The notes under the pieces: generated by a model
Databases searched by the model: none
Seen by the model: only the letters and a program-made list of their open reading frames with translations
Told to the model about the DNA's origin: nothing
Translations under genes and position numbers: made by a program
NCBI GenBank assembly: GCA_038065955.1
Contig: JBBTPY010000008.1
Span: 4,697 to 68,696 of the forward strand
Length of the DNA stretch: 64,000 nt
Direction of reading: 5' to 3'
From: Patescibacteria group bacterium
GTDB lineage: Bacteria; Patescibacteriota; Minisyncoccia; UBA6257; UBA9933
In this document: positions 27,351-36,880 of the stretch, one piece after another
Numbering within the stretch: position 1 is the stretch's first letter
How the letters are laid out: the number at the start of each line of letters is the position of its first letter

Positions 27351-29045
27351 ATGGACAATAAAAATCTTCTTCAAGAAATTGTTAAACAGAATTTTCTTTC
27401 GGACGAGGTTTCCAAGAAACTTCTACAGGAAGCGGCTTTGGTCCGCAAAAGCGTTGAAGATTTGATTTACGAGCGCCGACTGGTTTCCGAAGACAAAATG
27501 GCTTCGGTTAAAAGCCAAATTCTCGGCGTTCCTTATAAAAAAATTAAAGTTGAGGAAATCGGCGATGAAGTTTTAAAATTGGTTCCGGAAGAAACGGTTC
27601 GCAATTATAAAGTGGTGCCTATCAGCCGTTCGGCCGATTTATTGACTGTTGGGATGCTTAACCCCGATGATTCAAAAGCTCAGGAAGCGATAAAGTTTAT
27701 CGCCAAGCAATCGCGGATAAACTTGGGAGTTTATTTGGTCTCGCCTTCTTTATGGGAGGAAGTTTTAAGGCGTTATTCGCCTTATCGCAGCGAAATTGAG
27801 GCTGCGGTGAAATCTTTAAATTTTAAATCAATTAAAGACGAGCGGCGGATTGTTCAACTTGAAGAAGGGGCCGCGGTTTCCGAAGAGGCGCCGATTATCA
27901 GAATAGTCGCTTCCACTTTAAAAGAAGCGGTTTGGCAAAAGGCTTCGGACATTCATATTGAACCACAGAGAAACCGGCTAAGAATCAGATTTCGGATTGA
28001 CGGGGAACTTCAAGAAGTTTCTTCGATGCCCTTGGAGCTCCATCAACCGATTGTTTCCCGCGTTAAAGTGCTTTCTAATTTAAAAATTGATGAAAAACGG
28101 ATTCCTCAAGACGGCCGTTTCCGGACCGTTCTTTTTGGCCGTGATATTGATTTTCGGGTCGCCACTTTTCCGACGCCGGTCGGCGAAAAAGCGGCTGTTC
28201 GGGTTTTAGACCCCACTACCGGATTAAAAGGTTTGGAAGATTTAGGGTTAATCGGTTCAAATTATCAAACGGTAAAATCCGCCATTGAAAAACCTTATGG
28301 AATGATTTTAATCACCGGCCCGACCGGTTCCGGAAAAACAACCACGCTTTACGCCGTAATGAATGATTTGAACAAAGACGGCGTCAACATCGTCAGCTTA
28401 GAAGACCCGGTGGAATATTTTATTGACGGATTAAACCAGTCGCAGGTTAAGCCGGAAATAGGTTATGATTTCGCTTCCGGTCTTCGCCAGATTCTTCGTC
28501 AGGACCCGGATGTGATTATGGTTGGAGAAATCCGAGACGAGGAAACCGCCGGTCTGGCCGTTCACGCGGCTCTTACCGGTCATATCGTTCTTTCAACTCT
28601 TCATACTAATAACGCTTTGGGCGTTATTCCGCGGCTGATTGATATGAAAGTGGAGCCGTTTTTAATCCCTTCTTCTTTGAATTTAATGGCGGCCCAGCGT
28701 TTAGTCCCGCGGCTTTGCCAAAAATGCCGAAAGCCGGTTGAGCCGCCGGCTGAAATTAAGGAGATTATCAAAAAAGAAACAGGTAAAATAGATTTTCAAA
28801 TTTATCGCTCCGCCGGATGTGAAGCTTGCAAAGGGAAAGGGTTCAGCGGCCGGGTGGCCTTATTTGAAGTTTTAAAAATGACGCCGGAGCTTGAAAATAT
28901 TGTTAACAGCGGGGCGACCGAAGCGAAAATTTCAGAAGAAGCGAAAAGGCAGGGGATGATTACTTTGCGCCAAGACGGAATTTTGAAAGCGCTGGAAGGA
29001 TTAATTTCAATTGAAGAAGTATTGAGAGAAACGGCGGAGATGTAA
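27351..29045 (+). CDS. pilB: Type IV pilus extension ATPase PilB
   Basis: ASDIHIEP, PQDGRF, GPTGSGKTT, LRQDPD, zinc motif. Confidence 0.95.
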   Translation: MDNKNLLQEIVKQNFLSDEVSKKLLQEAALVRKSVEDLIYERRLVSEDKMASVKSQILGVPYKKIKVEEIGDEVLKLVPEETVRNYKVVPISRSADLLTVGMLNPDDSKAQEAIKFIAKQSRINLGVYLVSPSLWEEVLRRYSPYRSEIEAAVKSLNFKSIKDERRIVQLEEGAAVSEEAPIIRIVASTLKEAVWQKASDIHIEPQRNRLRIRFRIDGELQEVSSMPLELHQPIVSRVKVLSNLKIDEKRIPQDGRFRTVLFGRDIDFRVATFPTPVGEKAAVRVLDPTTGLKGLEDLGLIGSNYQTVKSAIEKPYGMILITGPTGSGKTTTLYAVMNDLNKDGVNIVSLEDPVEYFIDGLNQSQVKPEIGYDFASGLRQILRQDPDVIMVGEIRDEETAGLAVHAALTGHIVLSTLHTNNALGVIPRLIDMKVEPFLIPSSLNLMAAQRLVPRLCQKCRKPVEPPAEIKEIIKKETGKIDFQIYRSAGCEACKGKGFSGRVALFEVLKMTPELENIVNSGATEAKISEEAKRQGMITLRQDGILKALEGLISIEEVLRETAEM

Positions 29046-29165
29046 AGAGTTTTATTGAAAAATTAAAACCGAAAGTGTATAATTTTTCATAATAAAACAT
29101 TTACTCAGCTCATAATTGTAGTGAATTTTTTTCACTATAATATAAGCTCAAAAATTTCAATAATT

Positions 29166-30236
29166 ATGGCAGACTATAAACAAAAATTAAACGATTTATT
29201 ATTAATTGCCGCTCAGCAGAATGCTTCGGACCTTCATCTTGGCGTTGGCCGTCGGCCAACCTTAAGAATTGACGGCAGCTTGATTCCGCTTCAGAAAGAG
29301 CCGATTTTGGCGCCTGACGCCGCTGAGGGTTTGGTTTTGGCGCTTTTGACGCCGGAGCAAAAAGAAGAATTTTTAAAAGAAAAAGAAGTTGATTTCGCAT
29401 ATTCTTTTGAAGACAAGGCCCGGTTTAGAGTTAATGTTTTTTATCAAAAAGGATATATGGCGGCCGCGCTTCGTTTAATTCCTTCTCAAATTAAAACAAT
29501 TGAAGAACTTGGTTTGCCGTCGATTTTACATGATTTTACCAAATCTTCCCAGGGATTTATTTTGATTTCCGGTCCGGCCGGCCACGGCAAATCAACGACT
29601 CTCGCGGCTTTGATTGACGAGATAAATCACAATCGAATGGACCATATTATTACCATTGAAGACCCGGTGGAATATATTTTCGTCCAGGATAAAAGCATAA
29701 TTTCCCAGAGAGAGGTTGGGGCGGACACGTCGGATTTTCATAAATCTTTGCGTTCGGTTTTAAGACAGGACCCGGATGTGATTATGATCGGCGAGATGAG
29801 AGACGCCTTGTCGGTGTCAACGGCTTTGACCGCGGCCGAGACCGGGCATTTGGTTTTTTCCACGCTTCATACGAATTCGGCTTCGCAAACGGTTGACAGG
29901 ATTATTGACAGTTTTCCGGCCGAACAGCAAAATCAGGTCGCTTCCCAACTTGCCGCCACTTTAGTCGCCGTTGTTTCCGAGCGATTGCTTCCTAAAATCG
30001 GCGGCGGCCGCGTACCCGCCTGCGAGATAATGCTTGCCAATCCGGCCATTCGCAATCTTATCCGTGAAAGAAAAGCTTATCAAATTGATTTGGTCATAGA
30101 AACAAATTCCCAGGAAGGGATGATTACCCTTAACCGTTCAATGGCGGATTTAGTTAGAAATAATATTGTTTCTTTTGAAAACGCGGAATTATATTCTTTG
30201 AATCCCGGGGAATTAAGAATGTTAGTTGAAAGATAA
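29166..30236 (+). CDS. pilT: Type IV pilus retraction ATPase
   Basis: ASDLHL, GPAGHGKST, AAETGH, AIRNLIRE; likely start MADYKQ. Confidence 0.95.
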   Translation: MADYKQKLNDLLLIAAQQNASDLHLGVGRRPTLRIDGSLIPLQKEPILAPDAAEGLVLALLTPEQKEEFLKEKEVDFAYSFEDKARFRVNVFYQKGYMAAALRLIPSQIKTIEELGLPSILHDFTKSSQGFILISGPAGHGKSTTLAALIDEINHNRMDHIITIEDPVEYIFVQDKSIISQREVGADTSDFHKSLRSVLRQDPDVIMIGEMRDALSVSTALTAAETGHLVFSTLHTNSASQTVDRIIDSFPAEQQNQVASQLAATLVAVVSERLLPKIGGGRVPACEIMLANPAIRNLIRERKAYQIDLVIETNSQEGMITLNRSMADLVRNNIVSFENAELYSLNPGELRMLVER

Positions 30237-30248
30237 CGGCAAATTTAT

Positions 30249-31463
30249 ATGAAGTTTAAATATCTTGCCAGAAATAAAGAAGGAGAGCTGCAGGGCGGGT
30301 TTGTGGATGCCGCCGGCCGCGACGGAGCGGCCAATATTTTAACCGGCCACGAGCTTTTTGTTTTGAGTCTGGAAAGCGCGGACAAAAAGCGGATAACAGA
30401 GAAAGTTTTTTCTTTTTTGAACCGCGTCAAGGCGATTGACGTGATGGTTTTTACCCGGCAGTTTGCCACTCTTTTGGAATCCGAAGTGCCGCTTAGCGAT
30501 TCAATTAGGGCTCTTTATAAACAAACTAAAAATCCTCTGTTTAAAGAGGCGATTTTTGAAATTTCCGCCGATATTGACGCGGGCTTATCCCTTTCCCAGG
30601 CGCTGGGGCGTCAAAATCATATTTTTTCCGAATTTTATCTCAATATGATTCGTTCGGCCGAGGTAACGGCGAGATTAAAAGAAGCGATGATTTTTTTGGC
30701 GGATTATATGGAAAAAGAAGTCGGTTTGAGGATGAAAATCAAAAACGCTTTGATATACCCGGCCTTTATTATTGTTTTATTTTTGGCGGTGGCGGTGATT
30801 ATTTTGACGGTTGTTTTTCCGAAACTGGCGCCGGTTTTTGAAGAAATGAATGTCCGTTTGCCGCTTTTAACCAAAATTCTTCTTAATTCCGGCGGATTTA
30901 TACTGGAGTGGTGGTGGCTGATTATTATAATCGGCTGGCTGTTTATCGGTTTGATGATTGATTATTTTAGGACGCCGGAGGGGAAAATAGTTTTCAGCGA
31001 ACTGATTATTCGAACGCCGGTTTTCGGCGATTTATTTAAAAAAAATTACGTTGCCAGATTTGCCGAGTCTTTGAGCGTTTTGATTAAAGGCGGCATTCCT
31101 TTGTCTCAATCTTTGGAGATAACGGGCCGTGTAATCGGCAACGAGATTTACGCCGGCATAATTGAGGAAATCGCCGAAAAGGTAAAAGCAGGTGAATCTC
31201 TTTCGTCTTTATTAAGTCAGAACGAATATTATTTTCCGGCTTTGGTCGGACAAATGGTTTCAATCGGCGAAAATACCGGCCGGCTGGATGAAATTCTTTT
31301 GAAAGTTGCCGCTTTTTTCACCCGCGAAGTTGAAAATGTCGTTAATAATTTAACCGAATTGATTCAACCGGTTTTAATTACGGTGATAGGAATTTTGGTC
31401 GGCCTTCTATTTGCGGCAATTCTTCTTCCGATATATAATTTAACCCAAGGGTTGAGAATATAA
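30249..31463 (+). CDS. pilC: Type IV pilus platform protein (GspF/PilC)
   Basis: FTRQFATLL, ALIYP, GENTGRLD. Confidence 0.94.
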   Translation: MKFKYLARNKEGELQGGFVDAAGRDGAANILTGHELFVLSLESADKKRITEKVFSFLNRVKAIDVMVFTRQFATLLESEVPLSDSIRALYKQTKNPLFKEAIFEISADIDAGLSLSQALGRQNHIFSEFYLNMIRSAEVTARLKEAMIFLADYMEKEVGLRMKIKNALIYPAFIIVLFLAVAVIILTVVFPKLAPVFEEMNVRLPLLTKILLNSGGFILEWWWLIIIIGWLFIGLMIDYFRTPEGKIVFSELIIRTPVFGDLFKKNYVARFAESLSVLIKGGIPLSQSLEITGRVIGNEIYAGIIEEIAEKVKAGESLSSLLSQNEYYFPALVGQMVSIGENTGRLDEILLKVAAFFTREVENVVNNLTELIQPVLITVIGILVGLLFAAILLPIYNLTQGLRI

Positions 31464-31501
31464 ATAAATGGTCGAAGATAAAATTAAATAAATTAATTAA
31501 T

Positions 31502-31972
31502 ATGTTTCAAAATAAAAAAGGTTTTACGCTGGTAGAAATGCTTATTGTCATCGCCATTATCGCGATTTTGTCTTCGCTGGTTTTGGTCGGCGTCAGCCGT
31601 TTTCGGCCCGGGGCTTATGACGCGCAAAGAATTTCGGATTTGCAAAAAATTCAAAGTTATCTGGAGATTTACTATACAAAATACAGGAGTTATCCGACTA
31701 TCGCTGTTGCCGATTGGGCCACTCTCCAAACTATTTTAACGCAGGAAACGGGCGTTGACAGGGTTCCAAACGACCCATTATATAATCCATCAACAGGGCA
31801 AGGGCAACCGTATTTTTATTGTTATTCAGGCGACGGTCAGAATTATATTTTAGGAGCGCGTCTTGCCACAGATAATCATTCCGTCCTGAACGATGATATA
31901 GATACTACGGCTGGCACTACTTGTACGAGAGGAAGTTGTTTGGACGGAGATAATGGTTTCTGTATCAGATAA
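31502..31972 (+). CDS. Type IV major pilin candidate
   Basis: G|FTLVEMLIVIAII class III signal; RISDL; C-terminal Cys residues. Confidence 0.88.
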   Translation: MFQNKKGFTLVEMLIVIAIIAILSSLVLVGVSRFRPGAYDAQRISDLQKIQSYLEIYYTKYRSYPTIAVADWATLQTILTQETGVDRVPNDPLYNPSTGQGQPYFYCYSGDGQNYILGARLATDNHSVLNDDIDTTAGTTCTRGSCLDGDNGFCIR

Positions 31973-31986
31973 TCTTTATTATTTTT

Positions 31987-32868
31987 ATGTTTTTTCTCGC
32001 GGTTTTGTTTTTGTTCGGTTCGGCAATCGGCAGTTTTCTGAACGTCGTTTCTCTGCGTTATCAACCCGGCCAAAAACTTCTGGATTTAAAAATTATCGGC
32101 GGCCGGTCAGCTTGCCCGCATTGCCGAAAAACTTTAAAGTGGTATGAACTCATACCGCTTTTAAGTTTTTTAATTCAAAAAGGCCGGTGTCGCTCTTGCG
32201 GCAATCGACTGTCGTTTCAATATCCTCTCGTTGAATTATTGAGCGGCCTGATTTTTGTTTTCGTCCCATTCGCGCTTTATAATTTATTCGTAATTCGTAA
32301 TTCATATTTCATAATTCAGGTTTTTTTATGGTTGTTGGTTTTTTTGCTGTTTCTTCTTCTCTCAATCATTGATTTCCGCCATTACATTATTCCGGATTCA
32401 ATAAATTTGTCTTTGGCGATATTGGGAATAATTCTAATAATAATGTCAAATGTCATTAGTTATAGTTCGTTCCTCGGCCATTACGCTTTGCTTTTTGATT
32501 TTTGGCCGCTGTCGTTGGTCGATGGTCGCTGGTTGTTGGTCATTGGTCATTTTTCCGCCGCCGTTATCGCAATGGCGTTTTTCGCCGCCATAATAATTTT
32601 GACCAGGGGCCGGGGAATGGGTTGGGGAGATTTCAAATTGGTCGGCGCCCTGGGTTTGATTTTCGGCTGGCCGGACATAATGGCGATAGTGTTTCTGGCT
32701 TTTATTATCGGCGCCATAGCGGTCGCGCCTTTATTGCTTAAAAAACAAAAAACGATGAAAGACATCGTGCCTTTCGGGCCATTTTTAATAATCGGCGCGA
32801 GTTTGGTATTTTTCTTTGGCTATGAAATAATTAACGGCTATTTCAAACTTTTTAATATTTATTTATAA
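31987..32868 (+). CDS. pilD: Prepilin peptidase
   Basis: GSFLNVV, CPHC...CRSC, IIDFRH, GMGWGDFKL, PFGPFL. Confidence 0.95.
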   Translation: MFFLAVLFLFGSAIGSFLNVVSLRYQPGQKLLDLKIIGGRSACPHCRKTLKWYELIPLLSFLIQKGRCRSCGNRLSFQYPLVELLSGLIFVFVPFALYNLFVIRNSYFIIQVFLWLLVFLLFLLLSIIDFRHYIIPDSINLSLAILGIILIIMSNVISYSSFLGHYALLFDFWPLSLVDGRWLLVIGHFSAAVIAMAFFAAIIILTRGRGMGWGDFKLVGALGLIFGWPDIMAIVFLAFIIGAIAVAPLLLKKQKTMKDIVPFGPFLIIGASLVFFFGYEIINGYFKLFNIYL

Positions 32869-32876
32869 TTACTTTA

Positions 32877-33461
32877 ATGAAGCGAGGATTCACAATAGTG
32901 GAATTATTGATAGTTATCGGCATCACGGTTATTTTATTGTCTTTTGGCTTTTCTTCTTATAATCGCGCGGCCGAACGCCAGCTAATTTTATTCAGAGAAC
33001 AAAATAAGATTATCAGCGCGTTGGATAAGGCGAAATATCTGGCGTTTTCTACTTTCGGACAGGAACAAGCGCCTTGCGATTATGGGGTTCATTTAGAAGC
33101 GTCGAATAATACAATAATTATTTTTAAAGAATTGCCGATTTTAGGCAATGATTGCGCGAGCATAAATAATGTTTATACGCCGCCGGGCGGTCCTTTCGGC
33201 CCGCCGGGTGGTCCTTTCGGCCCGCCGGGCGGTCCTATCGGCGGAGATGAAATTGTTGAAACAATTAAATTAGACCAAGCGGTTCGGTTTAATAATTTAA
33301 TATTAAACGACATTGTTTTTATTCCGCCGGCGCCGCAGATAATAATTAATGGTGATTTAAGTATTCAATCCGCTTCCGCGGAAATTACGGATTCCGGAGG
33401 CGCGACGGTTTCATCTATAACAATCACTAAAAACGGGCAAATAACCGCTCAAATGCATTAA
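32877..33461 (+). CDS. Minor pilin (FimU-like) with PPGGPFG repeat
   Basis: G|FTIVELL. Confidence 0.85.
   Translation: MKRGFTIVELLIVIGITVILLSFGFSSYNRAAERQLILFREQNKIISALDKAKYLAFSTFGQEQAPCDYGVHLEASNNTIIIFKELPILGNDCASINNVYTPPGGPFGPPGGPFGPPGGPIGGDEIVETIKLDQAVRFNNLILNDIVFIPPAPQIIINGDLSIQSASAEITDSGGATVSSITITKNGQITAQMH
33180..33242 (+). repeat. 3 x 21-nt tandem repeat in minor pilin
   Basis: CCGCCGGGYGGTCCTWTCGGC x3. Confidence 0.9.
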
Positions 33462-33467
33462 TTTTAT

Positions 33468-33971
33468 ATGTTTAAAAAAAATGAATCGGGTTATCTTTTA
33501 GTTGAAGCCATGGTGGCCACAAGTCTATTAATTATCGGTTTGGTTTCAGTGGCCGGCTTGATGTCGCGGGCTTTGGGTCTAAACCGCGTTGTAAGCGACC
33601 AGTTTATCGCCAATTATCTGGCGGTTGAAGGAATTGAAATAATAAAGAATTTAATTGAAGCCAATATACTGGCGGGATTGCCATGGAATAACGGCATAAG
33701 CGACAATTGTTATGAAGTTAATTATGAATCCGTAAATTTGGGGGCAACTTGTTCTTCTTCGGAAAGTCAATTAGCACTTTCATTTAATTCTATAACCGGT
33801 TTTTATAATTATGACAGTAGCGGCAATCAAGCGCCGTTTATAAGAAGTATTTTGATTGAAAATTCATCGGACGGAAATAGAATTAAAGTCAATTCAGTTG
33901 TTAAGTGGATAAGCCGCGGCAGTGTGGAATTCAGCATTAATTTAGAAGATTATTTTTTTAATTACAGATAA
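33468..33971 (+). CDS. Minor pilin (PilV-like)
   Basis: G|YLLVEAMVA; LAVEGIE. Confidence 0.8.
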   Translation: MFKKNESGYLLVEAMVATSLLIIGLVSVAGLMSRALGLNRVVSDQFIANYLAVEGIEIIKNLIEANILAGLPWNNGISDNCYEVNYESVNLGATCSSSESQLALSFNSITGFYNYDSSGNQAPFIRSILIENSSDGNRIKVNSVVKWISRGSVEFSINLEDYFFNYR

Positions 33972-33978
33972 AAAAACG

Positions 33979-34596
33979 ATGAAAAAACAAGGTTTTACTT
34001 TAATTGAACTTATTGTCGCTTTCGGTCTTTTTGCGATTGTTATTTCCATCGCCGCCGGTGGCTTTGTTCAGATTATCCGTTCTTACAGGGTTGCGGCGGC
34101 TTTAATGTCGGCAAATGACAGTATGGCTTTAACTATAGAGCAAATGGCGAGAGAAATGCGGACGGGATATAATTTTTGCGAAATTGCCGATTCAACGGAG
34201 CCGAAAATCCAGTTTGTCAACGCGAATAACGAAGTGGTGAGATATAAATTAAACTCGTCTGACAGAGCGATTGAGCGGGCGGTTTCGGATATTTCGGCGC
34301 CGATAGGATTTAATTCTTGTTCAAACGCCGATGACCAATGGTTTAATTATCAGAAAATAACGGCGGCCAATGTGGCTGTAACAAAATTGAATATCGTCGC
34401 TTGCGGCAATAATATTGACCCCGGCATTTTTCTTAATCCTTGCGGCTCTTTAACGACGTGGCCGCGGATAACTCTGGCTTTTTCAATCACCAGCGCCGAG
34501 CCGGAAGTTGAAAGATTAGGAATTTCCATTGACGCCCAGACGACAATCAGCGCCAGAAACATCGCGGAATTGCCCGCTCCCGCCCCAGCTCCTTAG
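33979..34596 (+). CDS. Minor pilin (PilW-like)
   Basis: G|FTLIELIVA; MAREMR; QTTISAR. Confidence 0.82.
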   Translation: MKKQGFTLIELIVAFGLFAIVISIAAGGFVQIIRSYRVAAALMSANDSMALTIEQMAREMRTGYNFCEIADSTEPKIQFVNANNEVVRYKLNSSDRAIERAVSDISAPIGFNSCSNADDQWFNYQKITAANVAVTKLNIVACGNNIDPGIFLNPCGSLTTWPRITLAFSITSAEPEVERLGISIDAQTTISARNIAELPAPAPAP

Positions 34597-34646
34597 TTAT
34601 CCACAACTCGCTATTTATTTTATTGAATTTAGTTTATAATTAAAAT

Positions 34647-36146
34647 ATGTCAGGCGATAAAAATATGAAGTTTAGAATTCTATTTGTCGTTGTTTTGGCG
34701 GTTAGTTCTTTTGTTTTTATTAGTCAAGTAAATGCTCAAATTTCCGCGCCGGTAGCTCCCAATTTTCAAATTACCGGTACTGGCGCTAATTGTTCTTTAA
34801 ATTTATCTTGGAATGATTTAATAAATGAAGATTCTTATGAAATAGAAAGAAGCGTTGACGGCGTTAATTTCAGTTTAATTGCGTCTCCGGGGATGAATAC
34901 AACCAGTTGGAATAATGGAGTTTCGCCGGATATCAGTTATTCTTATCGTATCCGCGCGATAAATAGAGTGGGAGCTTCTCCTTGGGCGATGATAACTTCT
35001 AAACCGCTTTTTTGCCGGACTTATAATTTGTACGGCAATGGAGGCGGTAGGCGAGATTATTCGCAAGATATCGGCGAGGAATTATTACAACAAGGGGCAA
35101 GCTCTAATGTAATTACAAGGGAAGGAAGCCCAAATATTGGGAGTCAGTGGTTGTCTGATAATAACAACGATAATTATTTTAATCTTTTTAATATTTCTAT
35201 TGAAAATAGAAGATGTGTTGGACCAGGTTATACGTGTGAAGGCATAATACCAAATCCATTCCCGCCTCCTCCAAGTTTTGTTCCTTATTGTAGATTTTTT
35301 GGAGAATTTGCCGTTAGTAATGCGTGCGGTAGTAGTTCTGTATGTTTTAATCCATGCTGGCCGTTTAGAAATTGTAGAAGATGCGCTCCTGTATTACTTC
35401 CCGAACTCGTTGATATTCCATTTTTAATTCAATACAGTGTTCAGGGTTTTAGAGCGGCATATATTGATTTAAAAATTAATAATTTAGACGGGTTAAATCT
35501 TGAAGTTCCTAATACGCAAGCGGACGCTTCTTGGGTTTCTGAAAATACCATATTGCCTTGTATTGCCGCGACATTAATAAACGGCCAGCCGGCGGATAAT
35601 TATGGACTTTCTAATTTATGGAACGGTTCTCGGCAAGTTTCCGGTTCGGAAAATTTAGGCGTTCTTGAAAGAGGGCAAGAAAATGCCGGCCAAGGCAGAC
35701 AATACAATTTTTCCATTACTTGTAATACTGTTATCGGTAGTCTGCCGACGGTTTCAGATAGGGTTAATGTCGGAGTTTGGAAATTTCCGATAATTGACAA
35801 TTTTAATTGCGATTCTTCAATTGTTCCTCCGCAAGCCGCGAATTGTGCTCTTAGTGTTCGCAATGCTGACCAAGGTTGCGTAATTTCCGGCGGTTCTTTT
35901 TCGGATACGGTTTGTTCAAACGAAAGCGAATGCCTTAATGATTCTATTTTATTAAGGCCGTCGCAAACAACGACTTTTACTTTGACTTGTTCCGCGATTG
36001 ACGGTAATCGTTCCAACCAAAGAACTATTTCCGTTAGCGGCGGAGGAGGCGGGGTTGGCGGCGGCGGAGGAGGAGGAGGCGCGACTGGCAGTTCTATCTG
36101 GAAATTTTTCAAAAATATAATTTGGCGCGAAGTTATTCCGAGATAA
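34647..36146 (+). CDS. Secreted fibronectin type III / Cys-rich surface protein
   Basis: Signal peptide, LSWND...YEIERS...YSYRIRAIN FN3 domain, many Cys, poly-Gly, C-terminal WREVIP. Confidence 0.75.
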   Translation: MSGDKNMKFRILFVVVLAVSSFVFISQVNAQISAPVAPNFQITGTGANCSLNLSWNDLINEDSYEIERSVDGVNFSLIASPGMNTTSWNNGVSPDISYSYRIRAINRVGASPWAMITSKPLFCRTYNLYGNGGGRRDYSQDIGEELLQQGASSNVITREGSPNIGSQWLSDNNNDNYFNLFNISIENRRCVGPGYTCEGIIPNPFPPPPSFVPYCRFFGEFAVSNACGSSSVCFNPCWPFRNCRRCAPVLLPELVDIPFLIQYSVQGFRAAYIDLKINNLDGLNLEVPNTQADASWVSENTILPCIAATLINGQPADNYGLSNLWNGSRQVSGSENLGVLERGQENAGQGRQYNFSITCNTVIGSLPTVSDRVNVGVWKFPIIDNFNCDSSIVPPQAANCALSVRNADQGCVISGGSFSDTVCSNESECLNDSILLRPSQTTTFTLTCSAIDGNRSNQRTISVSGGGGGVGGGGGGGGATGSSIWKFFKNIIWREVIPR

Positions 36147-36173
36147 AGGTCGTTTATTATTGATATTAATATT

Positions 36174-36422
36174 ATGGATAATTTGATTAACGGAAAATTT
36201 TCATTCGGCAAGAAATGGTTTTGTATCGGCATTGTTGCCGGATTTTTCAGCGTTTTCGCCGGCTTGATTTACGGTATTGCTTTAATACTGGAAAAAGAAT
36301 ATCGCAAAGAAGGCGCGACAATTATTGTTTTTTCAATAATTTGGAAAATTTTATTTTTTTGGTTCATTATCCCTTGGTTTATCGAAAAATACGGTTTTTT
36401 GCCGTTAGAGGTATTTTTTTAA
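36174..36422 (+). CDS. Small 2-TM membrane protein
   Basis: Two hydrophobic segments; co-directional with the operon. Confidence 0.55.
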   Translation: MDNLINGKFSFGKKWFCIGIVAGFFSVFAGLIYGIALILEKEYRKEGATIIVFSIIWKILFFWFIIPWFIEKYGFLPLEVFF

Positions 36423-36433
36423 TTAAATAAATT

Positions 36434-36871
36434 ATGCGCGCACAGAGCGGACAGGCAATGCTTTTAGCGGTAACATTAATAGGCTCGGTTGTTTTGATTT
36501 TTTCTTCAATCAGCGGTTATTTTATCCTTCAGCGGCTGAGAATGGCCGCTGATTTCGTTGATTCCAGCAAGGCGATTTACGCGGCTGACGCGGGCCTTGA
36601 GTGGAAACTTTATCAATGTTTCAAGTGCGACCAAAGAGGCCAAACTTTTTGCGATTTTAATATTAACGTTTTTACGGGGGCGGAAAATTGTTCATCAAAT
36701 CTCGCAGTGGACGCTTTATTCCCCGATTACAGCATAACTGATTCGCTTACCTCTTTTGTTTCAAGAGTTGATGCTGTTCTCATTAGCGCCACTTCAACGC
36801 AATATCGTTTCAAATCAGTCGGCGCTTCTAATAAATCGCACCGCGCTTTTGAATTGATTTTAGAAGAATAA
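36434..36871 (+). CDS. PilX-like minor pilin
   Basis: SG|QAMLL without E5; AIYAADAGLE. Confidence 0.75.
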   Translation: MRAQSGQAMLLAVTLIGSVVLIFSSISGYFILQRLRMAADFVDSSKAIYAADAGLEWKLYQCFKCDQRGQTFCDFNINVFTGAENCSSNLAVDALFPDYSITDSLTSFVSRVDAVLISATSTQYRFKSVGASNKSHRAFELILEE

Positions 36872-36880
36872 TTATTTATT

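Noticed and set aside
35600-36232. 210-aa poly-Pro ORF on the minus strand
   Set aside because: Antisense shadow of the poly-Gly FN3 gene
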